Below are positions 24,064-36,192 of a DNA stretch of 64,000 bases, piece after piece. The stretch lies in the NCBI GenBank assembly GCA_010015585.1, contig ML975149.1; one strand, written 5' to 3'. Under the pieces are notes generated by a model. The model had not been told where the DNA came from, searched no databases, and saw only the letters and a list, made by a program, of their open reading frames with translations. Source of the stretch: Eremomyces bilateralis CBS 781.70 (lineage: Eukaryota). A program made the position numbers and the translations under genes. Each line of letters opens with the position of its first letter. Position 1 is the stretch's first letter.

Positions 24064-25739
24064 GGCATGTCCCGCATGTAGATACCAAGGAGTTGGTCGA
24101 TGAGGTTGAAGCTGTGCGACGCTTGATTTGACATTATTTATCTCAGCTAGGGCTCTGTTGTCGCATTGTACGTGGGTGATGATTAAGCACGGTCACTGCT
24201 TCAGCTCAGTTACTGAAGAGTCACAACGCAAATTGATATTGATGATTCCCATTGTCTCCCCCAAAAGGAGATCTAGCTAGAAAATCAGTTGAAGATACAT
24301 AACTGAATACATGGGAAAAGACTAAGCGGTCCGAAATAGGCTTAGCCTAGGGGCAATGGGCAGTGAAAAGAATGTTTGGACAGTAGAAACCAACGGGCAT
24401 CTTGCGACGTCTGTGAAAGTCTTGGGCTTCGCCTAGACTGTATTTGTAGCCTTGCGGCCTGAGAAGGAAGAACACGGAACACCAACTGGAACTGCACGGG
24501 ATATGTGCATGGGCCGCCCACAACACAAGAATGTAATTAGCAGTTCTGAGAAGAGATCTTTTCTTCTTCTTTAGCAATTCAACAATGTTACTGGCGGAGT
24601 TACTAGCTTACCGAATCCTTTGTGGGTTGGGCCCACAACACCGAGGGCGACTGATCGCTTGGTCCTGTACTATGCCATCAGCCATATCGACTGAGGATAT
24701 AGCCTGCGATGGCATCACAACAAAGAAAAATTTACTACCTTCTAGAACAGGATTGTAGGACAGTCATGCATAGGTAGGTATGCCACAACCCATATGCGTT
24801 TTCCTGGTAGTCTAATAGTTCTCCAAGATAGCGCTAATCGACTCCATCTCAAGCCTTAACTCGAAGCTAATGCAGTGTAACAGCCGATCGATCGAGCATG
24901 TGCACGTCCGATTCCAAGATCAACAGCATTTGTATAACTTTCAGGCGCCTTCAAATTTACTTGTTTGGGTAGGTCAAGCAACTACAATCTTCCAGTTAGG
25001 CTTCGTGATCCCTACTCCGATGTTCTACTCGTACGATCAGGACAAGGTAACTATCCCTACAGAGTTCTCGTTTGACCCTTACCCGTTCAACTGATTCAAA
25101 TCCCGTGGACGCATTCTCTTTGGGTACTCACAACCCGCCAGTCGTTGCTGTCATATTTTTGCTCTATGTCGCTCCTTTAACTTCTAAAATAGTCAAGGTC
25201 CATGTCGCCGATGGTCCTTAAATGCGCCTGATCTTGGGATATTTTAAGACACTTCCACCCCGAAGTCCGATCTTGGGAATATTCCACAATGGAGCGCCTC
25301 TCCGCGGCGCCTTCCCCCTCCTCGGATCCAGATACGGACTATAGGAGCAAGATCTATAGCATCGGACCGGAGCTAGACTCGTACTCTCGATGCATGCATC
25401 TCAAAGTGTCGCATCTAGCACTGAATCTCTGCTACCACGGCACAATGTTGTACTGGGTCTCAATAATCCTCGAGAAGAGAGATAGAGCACATAACATTGC
25501 AGGGTGCTATGCAGATCCATTATACTCATTTCCGAGACCCGGGCATGTGCTTTTGATATGTGGTTAGTATTGCAGAGAGATCGGCAGTATATAATTTGGA
25601 ACCTACCCTATCCCCATCTCCATCTCCATCCCCATTTCTAACTTCAGCCTCATCTTTACCCAGTAGAATCATCAACAGAGCTCACCTAGCTTGTACACCA
25701 GACACCCCTTCTGCCTCCTCCTTCTACTCCATTATCAAC

Positions 25740-26421
25740 ATGAAGGTCCTTACCGTCCTCGCTCTTCTGGCGAGTATTCTTGCCGCTCCCGCTCCTGCCC
25801 CGGAACCTGTCCCAGATCTACCATATCTGCCATCGCCTGGAGTCGCGACGGATTTTACCGACAATGTAAGGACTACAGATCGTTAACCTTGCTTTCTCAA
25901 ATGCCTAGTACTAACCCTTCCAGTTCGATGACCTTGAAGTTTCGGGTGTCGGTACTGTGCTGCCCCGCACCCAACGCGTGAATCAGTATGGGGCGCTGTT
26001 TTACCGGGACTTTGTCTATTCGGATGACACACTCTCTCTTTTTTTCGCTCCGCCTTCGCCCAAGAACTTCATCGGCTTCAGCGCTGTCGGCCGTGTATTT
26101 CCGCAGCTTTGTCCGACGGACAAGTTCCAGACATTTGACCTTAAAAGCCTCTACTACGCTTGCATAATCAATACTTTCGTTCCCGTCAATGTGCCGGCAT
26201 CCTGTACAATCAAGTTTCTTGGCCGGAGGAAAGACGGTGATACCGTTTTCGAGCAGGTAGACTACGCAGCGCAGTCCTTCGGCGCCAAGTACAACAAGGT
26301 CACTTTCCGCAAGGAGTTCTCTGGCCTAACGCAACTGGACATCTCTGTCAACAATAATAACCCTTTTCTCGTCGCTTTGTTCGACGACATCGAATACACG
26401 GCATATAAGCAAGAGAATTAG
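25740..26421 (+). CDS. Small secreted protein of unknown function; 2 exons
   Basis: Signal peptide MKVLTVLALLASILA and PAPAPEP linker; intron 25866-25923 (GTAAGG..CTAAC..CAG); then FDDL..YGALFYRDF..FDLKSLYYAC..CTIKFLG..FDDIEY. Confidence 0.8.
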
Positions 26422-26964
26422 GCCAGGGTCTCCGAATGGGAGGATTGAATATGGGACAGGAAACGATTTACAACGGCAATTCCAATTTTGCAGACCAATT
26501 TGCATATACGCATGACCCAATCCGTGCCAAAGGATGCTATGAACCTTAGGACATTTCATGAATTTCTATAAATGAATCCATTTGATTTATTATGCTCGCA
26601 AACTAGGCAAATCTAGCCTCCTTGTCCAGAAAAGATCGGGTAGACCCAGGCAGCGACGACAATACTGATAGAGGAAGGAGCCGAGTAGAACCCCTTCAAG
26701 CGAGCAGCGAGATCCATTTTATCCCACCAAAGCCATCAATACATTACGATGGGTAACTACATGGGAACTCCCATTACTATGTGTTTTTGTTTTTGGGCTT
26801 CCTGTCATAATTTTTATTTTATTTGGAGGGGATCGGAAGGACTGTGGCTAAAACTTCATAGACAGAGGATTTGCTACAGATATTCTAGGCAGAAGGTGGG
26901 CAAAGTCCCCAACGAGTAGTGAAACGGAGAGGATGACATTAATTTAGACCTATATATAAAACTA

Positions 26965-27932
26965 TTACTGCGACCAGACAGTCTTGTTCTCTTCGGCAAA
27001 GGTATCAAAACTCTTTGGAGGATGACCCGTAACTGTTTCAACCGCGTCTCCCAACCTTTTTTCAAAGTTCGTCGATGCAATGACCTCAAGGTTGGTCAAT
27101 AAACGTGCGACGTATTCCGACACACCGGCCTGGATCATGCCCTGGCACCGGCTGGCTTTGTCTTGCTTGACGTGCTCGATCTTGCGACCAAGGACCTTGG
27201 AAAGCGTTGCGGCAATCTGTCGATATCGTGTTAGTATTAAGTTACAAGTCTACTATGGAGAAGATGACCATACGTCATCGTATGTTAGGAGCTCGGGTCC
27301 GAGAATACGATGGTCGCAGTTGTGTGACTTCTCATCAGTTAGCGCGTGGAACGCGACTTCCGCAATGTCGTCAGCGCTGATGAAAGGAATCTGCCCATCC
27401 TGACAGGCGGTAAAGATCGTATTCAGCTGGCCGATGGTGTACAAAAGGCCCGGCTCCACTAAGTTCTCTGCGAAATGGGTGTTGTGTCAGTGGCCGAAAC
27501 GTGAGATCATTTGGGAGTACGACACGCACCCATGAACCAAGACGGGCGAAGCACGCAGTAGTCGACACCCGTATTAACATAGTGCTCCCAGACCCTGCCC
27601 ATTCCGTCCTGGCCAAATTGAGCTGAGCTGCCAGTACACAAAACGAAGCGCTTGACGCCCTTGTCTCTGGCAAAGTCGACGAATTTGATCATCGGCACCC
27701 AAGGCTGCGAGACACCCGGCTCCATCATGTACACGGCGTCGATGTCTCCTTTCTCGAAGGGTTTCGCCCACGTCGTCTCATCGGTCCAGTCGAACTTGAT
27801 GGCCGGATATCCATGCGGCGCAGCGTCCGGTCCTCGGCGAGAGGTCAGGTGGAAGGGCTGGTTTGCAGCGCTGAGCAGCTTTGCAACGCGCGTGGTCGTT
27901 TTGCCGGTGCCGCCAATAAGAAGAATCGTCAT
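26965..27932 (-). CDS. NmrA-family NAD(P)-binding reductase resembling ergot-alkaloid EasG; 3 exons
   Basis: MTILLIGGTGKT, FDWTDETTW, GVKRFV, VLRPSWFM/ENL, ACQDGQIPFISADDIA, GPELLTYDD/IAATLSKVLGRKIEH..VETVTGHPPKSFDTFAEENKTVW. Intact after removing two GT-AG introns. Confidence 0.88.
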
Positions 27933-28256
27933 CTTGAAGAATATGAGGAGTACAGCTTGTTCGTCGCGTTGAAAGAAGCTAAATGAATTATTTCTACCCC
28001 AAATTTCAATATTCAATCTCTTGCATAGCACGTATATATAGCACATCTCAATGCCCGAATGGTATAGACACATGGACCGGACGGCGATAGGGAAATATCT
28101 CCGCTTGCGCCGATGCGAGACCAACCCGCGCCCCGAGATACATTCATGGCCCGCAATGTTTATTCGGCAGTTAGTAATCTATCTCAGTGACAGGGTTAGC
28201 CTAAGAATGCTTGAACTTGTTGTTTAACGTTCAACACAGCATATGATTCCGCTCCC

Positions 28257-28380
28257 GTGATCATCACGCCGCGTTACCACCTGCTCGGGATAGGCAATCA
28301 AGAATGGTGCCCTGAATTCCTCCGCGAGTACTCACACCTTTTACGCATGCAGGTGTGGAAGAACAGTAAGACGGCCACGG
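28257..28380 (+). pseudogene. Possible N-terminal fragment of a fungal SAM-dependent methyltransferase-like gene
   Basis: PRYHLLGIGNQEWCPEFLRE resembles the R.HLFEI.DQ.W.P..LR N-terminus of that family. Similarity is lost downstream and there is no proper start. Confidence 0.3.
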
Positions 28381-29504
28381 CAAAACGAGCACTCCGGCCG
28401 AGTTTGCATCATTGCGTGCGACGTCATGCTCGACTATTTCCCCAACCTGTCAATACTCAATTGTTATCGTTCACGATCCAGTCGCGGACCCCTGCGCAGA
28501 GCCGTATCGGCCCATCCCCACCATGGAGCTACAGTAGCGCTGAATGGATATCCCCGCGTATGTGGACGCGGGTCGATCTGATTATCCTGTTAGACTTGTG
28601 TGAATTGTGGCCGTCTGTAACTAAAGAACTGCTTACTGATTACTGATTACTGAAGTGTGAAGGTCGAAAGACAAAGCCCTGATATTAGATACTGGTAATC
28701 AGGCGGCCGCCCGCGGTTTAACCATTTCCCCGCCTTGGCGTTAGTGATACCTACGCCTGCGCTTAACTCCAGGTCCTATCAGGAGTTCAGGACGGAGCTT
28801 CGGCCTTCAACGAAGACCGAGACTGCCAGATGCGTCAAAAACAGCCGCAGAAGGCCTCATTCGACTTCACACGAAGGTTGAAGGCTATTTCCTGCCGAAA
28901 TGCTTCATAATTCATGATATTCAACCAGACAAGGTGGTCCTGTACAATGACCCGCCAGCTCATCTGTCATCGTTGGCAAGGAAAGCGGTAATTTACAATT
29001 TCCTATGAACCAGTCTCGGACTCCGTTCTCTTGAATCGTAGTCTGGCGACTCGCATGAAGGACATCTCAGATGGACATCCTTCATACTAACGACGATCCG
29101 ATGCCACAGTGAATAGCAACGTCGCCGGGTGATGTTTGATGCTTGTCGCCAGTCCTGGCATCGAGGCTGGGATCGACTCTCACTCGCTCCCAGTGGCAAG
29201 GCCGCGAAAAACGTCATGGTGCATGCATGCTATGTCAGGCACCACTAACCGAAGCCTTGAGTAGTTGATCTGAAAGCTTGCATTCATCCTTTCTCACGAC
29301 CAGCTTAGGCAATGAATCACCTGCATCTTCACCCTTCTTGTATATACCTTGATGGGCTTTAATTCCATGATCTAGCTCAGAGCAACCCTAGCGTCGTACA
29401 CCCACTCGCGACCGCGGCGCATCCTCCATCCACGACCTTAACCCGCTCGCGACCAACCTCGACAGGTATCGCCCTCCACACCACCGCCGACCCCGAACCA
29501 AACC

Positions 29505-30711
29505 ATGCCGCTCTCCCTCCGCCCCAGCAGCCCCTCCCCCCTCGCCCTCCTCTCCACCACCCTCACCGGCACCCTCACCACCCTCTCCCTCCTCTTCTCC
29601 ACCCTCCTCCTCACCCACCACCTCCTCCTCCCCTCCCTCTCCCTCCTCCTCCTCCCCTTCCTCTCCTCCTGGTCCACCCAATTCAACCTCCTCCTCCTCT
29701 CCGCCAACTGGTGGGGTATTGCCCTCGTCCACCAGCCCCTCGCCATCGAGCTGGCCGGCACCCTGCTCGTGCGCTGCGCGTGCTTCGTGCTGCCCGCGTG
29801 CGCGGCGATGGCAGTGGATGTGTTGTTGCCGGGGGTGGCGAGCGCGGTGAAGAGGGGGGGGAAGGAGGCGTTGCCGGCGGCGCAAGGGATTGGGGGGGCG
29901 GTGGGCATCGCGATGGTGGGGGCGGTGGCGGCGGGGAATCTGCTCGGGGGGATTGCGTTGCAGGGAGGGCTGGAGTGGGTGTTGGTGGGAGTGCTGAGGA
30001 GGAAGAGCGCGTTGAGAGTCTCGGTGTGGTTGCCGATGCCGTATACCATGGCGACGGAGCTGGCGACGTGTTTCGCAGTGCGAGGGGTAAGTGGGATTTT
30101 TACCAAGCGCATTGATTTTTGCCGTTCATGTGTTTCGCCTCTCGCACGTTTAATCTGACCATTCTAACTGATCCGCACAGCTTCTACGATATGTGATCCA
30201 CAGATATATCCTCCACACCCGGGTCCGCACTCCCTTAGGCTACCCATCTCAATATCACCTATCATACCAACACTACTTCACCCATCCGTTCTGCCTCCTC
30301 GCGCACTACGATCACCCGCTTCCCTACTTCCTCGGCATATGGCTTCCAACCACTCTCCCGCCCTACGCTCTACGCATGCACATCGTCACCTACCTCGTAT
30401 GGACCGCGATCATCTCCCTCGAAGAGATGTTCACGTACTCGGGGTACACGATGCTACCGTGGACGGTCAGGGTCACGGGGGTGGCGGGGCGGACAGAGGC
30501 GCATTTCCTGAGCGGCGGGAAGGGGAACTATGCGCCGTGGGGGCTGTTGGATTGGGTTAATGGGACTTTGGTGGGGGAGGTGGATGAGGAGGGGAAGGTG
30601 GTCGAGGCTACGCTTCCTGGTGAGGGTGGTAGTGGGGGTAACGGGGAGAACGGGGAGATGGAAGAGCCGCCGAAGATGGGAAGGAAGGGAAGGAAGAAAA
30701 GGAATGCGTAG
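29505..30711 (+). CDS. Fatty-acid hydroxylase/sterol desaturase superfamily membrane protein with degenerate His boxes; 2 exons
   Basis: Intron 30087-30180 (GTAAGT..CTGAT..CAG). Motifs YVIHRYILH, AHYDHPL, EEMFTYSGY and GNYAPWGLLDWVNGT. Confidence 0.82.
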
Positions 30712-31136
30712 TTGGCATACTGGGCAATCGCGGGGTGGATGGGGGATTTTCCACTGCTTTATCTTGGATGGGACTGGGTTCGTGGCTTTCGAATTGATAC
30801 CCTTGGGCAGCAGGCGTGGATAGGACAATCAATAACGATCCGGGAGCGAGCGCTCATATGCAGTCAGTCAATCCTCCGTCGGCGGGTAATCTAAATGCTT
30901 GGATTTTGCTCGAATGCGGCCCTTGAACCCGTTCCGCGTAGAATAACATGACGATGTGCATGCAACGAACCGTGCAGTAAACTCCACTTTCCCTGTGTAA
31001 GCCCTGCAGAATGTTGGATTTTATTTTGACAGTGCAGGTCGGGAGCGTTAGCCCTCCCCAGTGTCCTCCTCACTCCTTTGGCCCTTCGTGGCTCCATCCC
31101 GTTTCCTCCAACTTGACGTGGACAAGGTCCGCTCGC

Positions 31137-31996
31137 TTAGAACACCATCTCGTGCGGTCGGTCACCCTTGCGGAGGCTGAATGTCGATCCGAGAAGGTCG
31201 ATGAGCATCGGGGTCTTCTTCAGGGCTGCTAGCAGTTTCTGGTCGACGGCTTTCTGGTCTTCCGCGCGGCCGCTGCTGACCTGCTTGGGCTATGACAATA
31301 TGTTAGATGTGTCCCTTGCGTCGATGTAATTTTATCCACAGGATCGGAGCGAGACAACGTACCGCTGGCTTCTCTCCCTGCTTGAAGAAGGCATCCTCGC
31401 CGGCCTTGTTCGATTCCTTATCGGCGGTGAAGTATCCCTCAACGCTGACCTTCTCCAGAACCTTCTCGTCCACCACGCCCTTCAAGTCCACTCTCGTCTG
31501 GGTCGCAATGACGTACCGGGCATTCACTCTGCGCAGAGGAACGCCGTTGACTTTGAAGGGACCGGTCACGAGCAGCACACCCTGGCCGAGGTGCTTGAGG
31601 AGGACCACGCGCTTGCCCCGGAAGCGGCCAGCCAAGAGGATGAGGACGGTGCCGGGTTGGAGGGATTGGCGGAGTTTGGTCGGGCGGATGGTTTTGCGGA
31701 CCTGCGACCATGAAGGCATACAGTCAGTCTTGTTTCACACAATGCAATTTCGATGGTTTGTGATGGAGGAGGTGGTCCTCGAATTTGATATCGCGCACAG
31801 TGTGCTCGGCACGCAAATCCAGCGACCACGACGCCCATCGACATCTCAGAACCGGACAGCGAATGTTTCTCACCTGCTTCGGCTTCGGGTCATCATCCGT
31901 AGGATAATACTTGGAGGCCTTCTGGCTCGCGGCCGGGATGGTCCTCTCCCCCTTCCCGAACTTCTTCGTTGTCGGCTGCTCCTGGGTGGCCGACAT
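31137..31996 (-). CDS. RPL6: 60S ribosomal protein L6 (eL6); 3 exons
   Basis: [69 protein letters not shown]; last exon [22 protein letters not shown]. Confidence 0.97.
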
Positions 31997-32287
31997 TATG
32001 GCGAAGGGACTTCCTGCTCCAGGGAATTCCTCGAAAAGAAACCTCGGCGAACGGGAGGTATCCGGGTCGAAATGGGAATGTTGTGGTGGTGGGTGAAGTG
32101 TGCGGAGAGTGGGAAGGTTGATGTTGGGCGGGAGTTGGGGAGGTGAAGGAGGTCTCGCTTCGTGCGCCAAATCCTGTGATGCCAAGTGTGTGGACTGTGG
32201 GTGGGCTCGCTTCTCGGGTTTTTCCGCGAATCTGCCGGTGGCCACCCACGCCACGCCTGATGCCTCAGCAGTGTGGCGTAGATAATG

Positions 32288-32372
32288 TCACGTGATTTTG
32301 TGGATCTTATCACGTGTGCTTTGCTTTAGATCACGTGCACTGAGATCCCAGAACATTCCCACATATCACGTG
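32288..32372. promoter_or_regulatory. Cluster of four TCACGTG E-boxes in the RPL6/RPN13 divergent promoter
   Basis: CACGTG at 32289, 32311, 32332 and 32367, each within RTCACGTG (Cbf1/USF-type bHLH consensus). Confidence 0.65.
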
Positions 32373-32538
32373 CGCCGTTCCCATCTTGAAATCCAGTCCC
32401 AATCCAATCCCCAGCTATTACTGTACAGCTTCATGCCATCCAGACTTGAGCTTCGTTCAGCTTCACTTTTGCTCTTTTCATACTGTACCTATTAGCACCG
32501 GAACCAGACATAGCTCCGGCTTCTACAATCCTCCCATA

Positions 32539-34072
32539 ATGGCGTCAATCACCCCTCTCATAACCTTCAGAGCCGGCAAATGCGAGTACGACGTCAGTGG
32601 CCATTGCGACCCTTCCGCCTACAGAGTACTGATTGTTTACAGGAGGGCACCCAGAAATTCAAGGCGATCCCGACTCCAGGTTTCGTATACCTGTATGCCA
32701 GTGATGGTATGATGCGCAATATATCCCCCTATGATTTCCACTCACTCTTCTCCAGATCTCATCAACTTCTGCTGGCGGCCGACCTCCGCTCCGATCGACC
32801 AACCCGAGCTCGAACTCATGATGATCCCGAGTGACGGCACCTTCTGGCCGTACATGGACCCCGTCATCAAGAACCCCTACGAAAACCTGACCGCGGGAAA
32901 CGTCAAGTCCCCGACCAACGGCCGCATCTTCGTCCTCAAGTTCTCCTCGTCGTCACAACGCCACATGTTCTGGATGCAATCCGGCGGCCTCCGGGACCAG
33001 CCCAGCGTCTTCACCAAGCAGGATCTGTTCTTCGGGCACGTAGTGAACACGCTACTGGTAGAGGGGCCGGATGTGGATACCCAGGAGATGTATCGGGAAT
33101 ACAAGTCCGGCGGGAATCCGCCGCATGGGGACGAGGATGAGAATATGGAGGATGCTGAACAGCCGGAACCGCAGCATGACAGACGGAACAGCACCGGTGG
33201 AGCGGGGCCAGACGCGACGGGCGGGGATGTCCGAGACGAGGGAGAAGATGCCAGGGAGGGTGGAGCAGATGGCGCTCGAGCGTAGGTGATTCCATTCGGT
33301 TGTGCATCGCGGTTGGCGTTCTTTGTGAGCCTAGAAATCTCGAAGTTATTTGGCGTTTGTCGATGGCGCTCCAAGGCGTTTTGAAGAGTCTACCGAAAAA
33401 TCAAGCATTACCCGCAGTGTTGCTGCATGATGTATTAGAATAGACGCAACGCTGTCATCTATTATATTCAATGTCACCCGGCTGACCCTTTATTCCGATA
33501 GTCGAGGTGCAACCACTGCCCAGTCCCAGGCCGCTCCGTCCGACGCCTCCCAAGCAGTCCAGAACTTCCTCAAATCCCTGAACGGTGGCCAAGCCCCTCC
33601 CCAGCAACAAGGCGGGAAACTCTACACCACGCTGAACGACCTCCTTCCCCCATCCACCACGATCCCACTCATCGAGACCGCGTCCCCCGACTTCATCGAC
33701 CGTTTATCATCCCACCTCCCCCGTACTATCCTTCTTCTAGAGGTTGGCGGCGAAGAAATGGCGGACATCGACCCCGACTCGGACGTCGCGGACGCCATTG
33801 TGGAATCGATCGACACGGATCAGAAACGGGAGATTTTGCGGCGCGTGTTGCGGTCGCCGCAGTTGGTGCAGAGTTTAGGGGTCCTGACGGCCGCACTGAG
33901 GGACGGCGGCTTACCGATGATCAGCGATGCGCTGAAGTTGAAGGTGGATAATGGGGGTTATGTCAGAGGGGGGACGATGCCGATGGGAGGCGGGGATGCC
34001 GTGGAGGCGTTTGTGGAAGGGGTCAAGAAGACGGCGGAGGGGAAAGGGGACGAGGATGTGGAGATGAGCTAA
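32539..34072 (+). CDS. RPN13: Proteasome ubiquitin receptor Rpn13/ADRM1 (PRU plus C-terminal UCH37-binding domain); 4 exons
   Basis: ITFRAGKC, PTPGFVYLY, LINFCWRP, TNGRIFVLKFSSSSQRHMFWMQ; after intron 33282-33501, AVQNFLKSL..YTTLNDLL..VLRSPQLVQSLGVLTAALRDGGLP..AVEAFVEGVKK. Confidence 0.93.
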
Positions 34073-34329
34073 GGGGAAGATGGATCACTTGGAGTCGCGG
34101 ATATATGAGCACTGGAGTGCGACTCAAATTAGGATCGAGGTACATTCCTTCATTCCACTCGAGGGAACCGAGATGCACATCTCATTGCATCATAAACATA
34201 CACCGATAGCCTGCAACGCCGGCAGAGACCCGATGCGCCTCCGAATGCTGACTCATTCCGTTTGATCTGCTCGATCTGCGGATTCCTGGTTTGTACAAAA
34301 GACGACTCAACGAAATTAATAGAACCAAA

Positions 34330-35105
34330 TCAAACGACGCGCTTGACCTATAGTGGATATCATTAGCGACGCGGCTCCCAACCCATCCGGAAACAAACGT
34401 ACCTCGAAGAATCGCTTCAGCCACCACACTTGGAAAATACTCTGCCCAATGAAGATGGCCATCTGGATGGTACTCCACCACTTGACTCTCGAGTTCGTGC
34501 TCTCCGCCGTATTACGATGCACCCGTTCCCTCACAATGATATAGCTCTGCTCATCCTTGACTTGTGAGACCAGCTCCGACAGCTGGCGAACTATTCCTTC
34601 CATCAGCAAGACTCACAAACCCATCATTACGTCCGGTCCTTACCCTCTTTTTCCAGGGGGTCCTGCGGTGCCTCCGACTCCGGCACGTAGACGATGCCGT
34701 GCACATTGAACGACACCTCCTTCGTGTTCGCCGACCAGGCCTCGTTGCTGAAGCAGTACATATACCGGCCGTCCGCGTGTGCAATGAAGGAGTGGTCGCC
34801 CATGGACGTGGCTCGTTCGTGGATTTGGTTGGCGCCGGATGGGGTTTGGATCTATTGGCGTGTGAGAATCCAACCATGCTTAGAACTCTGTGAAAACGTT
34901 TCCGTACCCAAAAGTCAATTTCCAGATTCCCGCTCCCCCCGAATTCCCGATCGCCCACTTGGTACGTAACCGTCATCTTGTCCTCCGCGTGCAGCTCCTC
35001 GTGGAAGCATTCTCGCGAATGCGCTTTGAGTTGGATGTTGTGCGCGACGGATATTTGAAAAACGCTGAAAAGTATGGCCAGGAGGCCACCTGCAAATAGT
35101 TTCAT
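34330..35105 (-). CDS. EMP24: p24 (emp24/gp25L) family cargo receptor, Emp24-like; 4 exons
   Basis: Signal peptide, RECFHEEL..VTYQVGDR, YMYCFSN, EQSYIIVRERVHRNTAESTNSRVKWWS, cytosolic tail LKRFFE/VKRVV. Confidence 0.92.
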
Positions 35106-36192
35106 CGTGGGAAAATGGGCGGGGGTGGGAGCTGGAGAGTCGTGGTGTTGCTGTGGACTTTCTGATAGTTGTCCAGTTCACGGGTCATGACAGCTCGTTG
35201 GAATGTGAATCGGCGGAACTCCGGGTTATCTCCGGCAGAACCTCTGACGTTGGTCCAACCCGACAGACAAAAGCGTGTTGGATGACTTCGATCTTAACGT
35301 CACGCAAATATCTTGCACTGTAGTATTGACGTTTACAGCAGGCAAACTACCACAGCCGGGACCTGTGGTGTTTTCGAATGGATGCCAAAATGTCATCACA
35401 TTTCAGGACGATGAGTCTACCAGAAATTGGGTGCGCTTCCATGCAACAAGTGCCGAAAGGTCAAGAGTGGGATAACTGATTCTAACATCACAACCTTTAT
35501 CTCTCATTTTCTGGCCTATTTGTGTTCAGAATTGACGGATGGAGCTACAGGTTTTCACATAGGCACCTTAGATGCATGGGCCAGGGATATAAAATGCACC
35601 CGAGTTCTATCGGATCTGCTTCAGGGCTTCCAGTTATGAATGAAGCACATCGTCAAGAGCGCCATGGACGGCATCATCTGTACACCATGGGCGGCATCAG
35701 CTGTAGGAGAATGGGAAATGGCATTCCTAGTGTAGTCTGAGCTAGCCTTTGTTCAGAAGAAGATTCAGTGTAGTCCCTTGGTGGGAGCGAAACCGTCGAT
35801 ATTGGAGTGTGATATTCACCCGATTCAAGATGGACACGGACCTTCACATCCACAGAAGGTTGCTTGAACTCGGTGAAGTATCCGATGAAGTATCCGATGA
35901 AAGACTATCTTATCGGGCGTTCCTTCCTGGCGAATGTAGCGCACGTGGTCTGGAAGGAGCATATGGTGAATGCGTGTTTCGTTTCTATCGGCCTCTTCTC
36001 GGTGTTTTGCTTCTCTTTTCACGATATCCACATCTCCAGCTCAGCCAATGCGAATTTCTTCATTTACATTTTCCTATTTCGAGCATGTCGCACTGTCGGT
36101 AAAGACGCAGTCAATCTCTCTTCTATTCCAAGCTCTTTTATCAAAGTACCGGAGATCAACCTGTGTCAACACTGAACCGCCATCGAATTATC

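Noticed and set aside
24870..25567. Short ORFs possibly representing a phosphotransferase relic (IPTPMFYSYD)
   Set aside because: A single weak motif with nothing corroborating downstream.
31307..32146. 279-aa plus-strand ORF
   Set aside because: Antisense shadow of RPL6.
35875..35902. Short tandem duplications (TGAAGTATCCGA x2; also AAGGTAGATA x2 at 1601 and TACTCTTTTT repeats near 60742)
   Set aside because: Ordinary slippage repeats with no sign of function.
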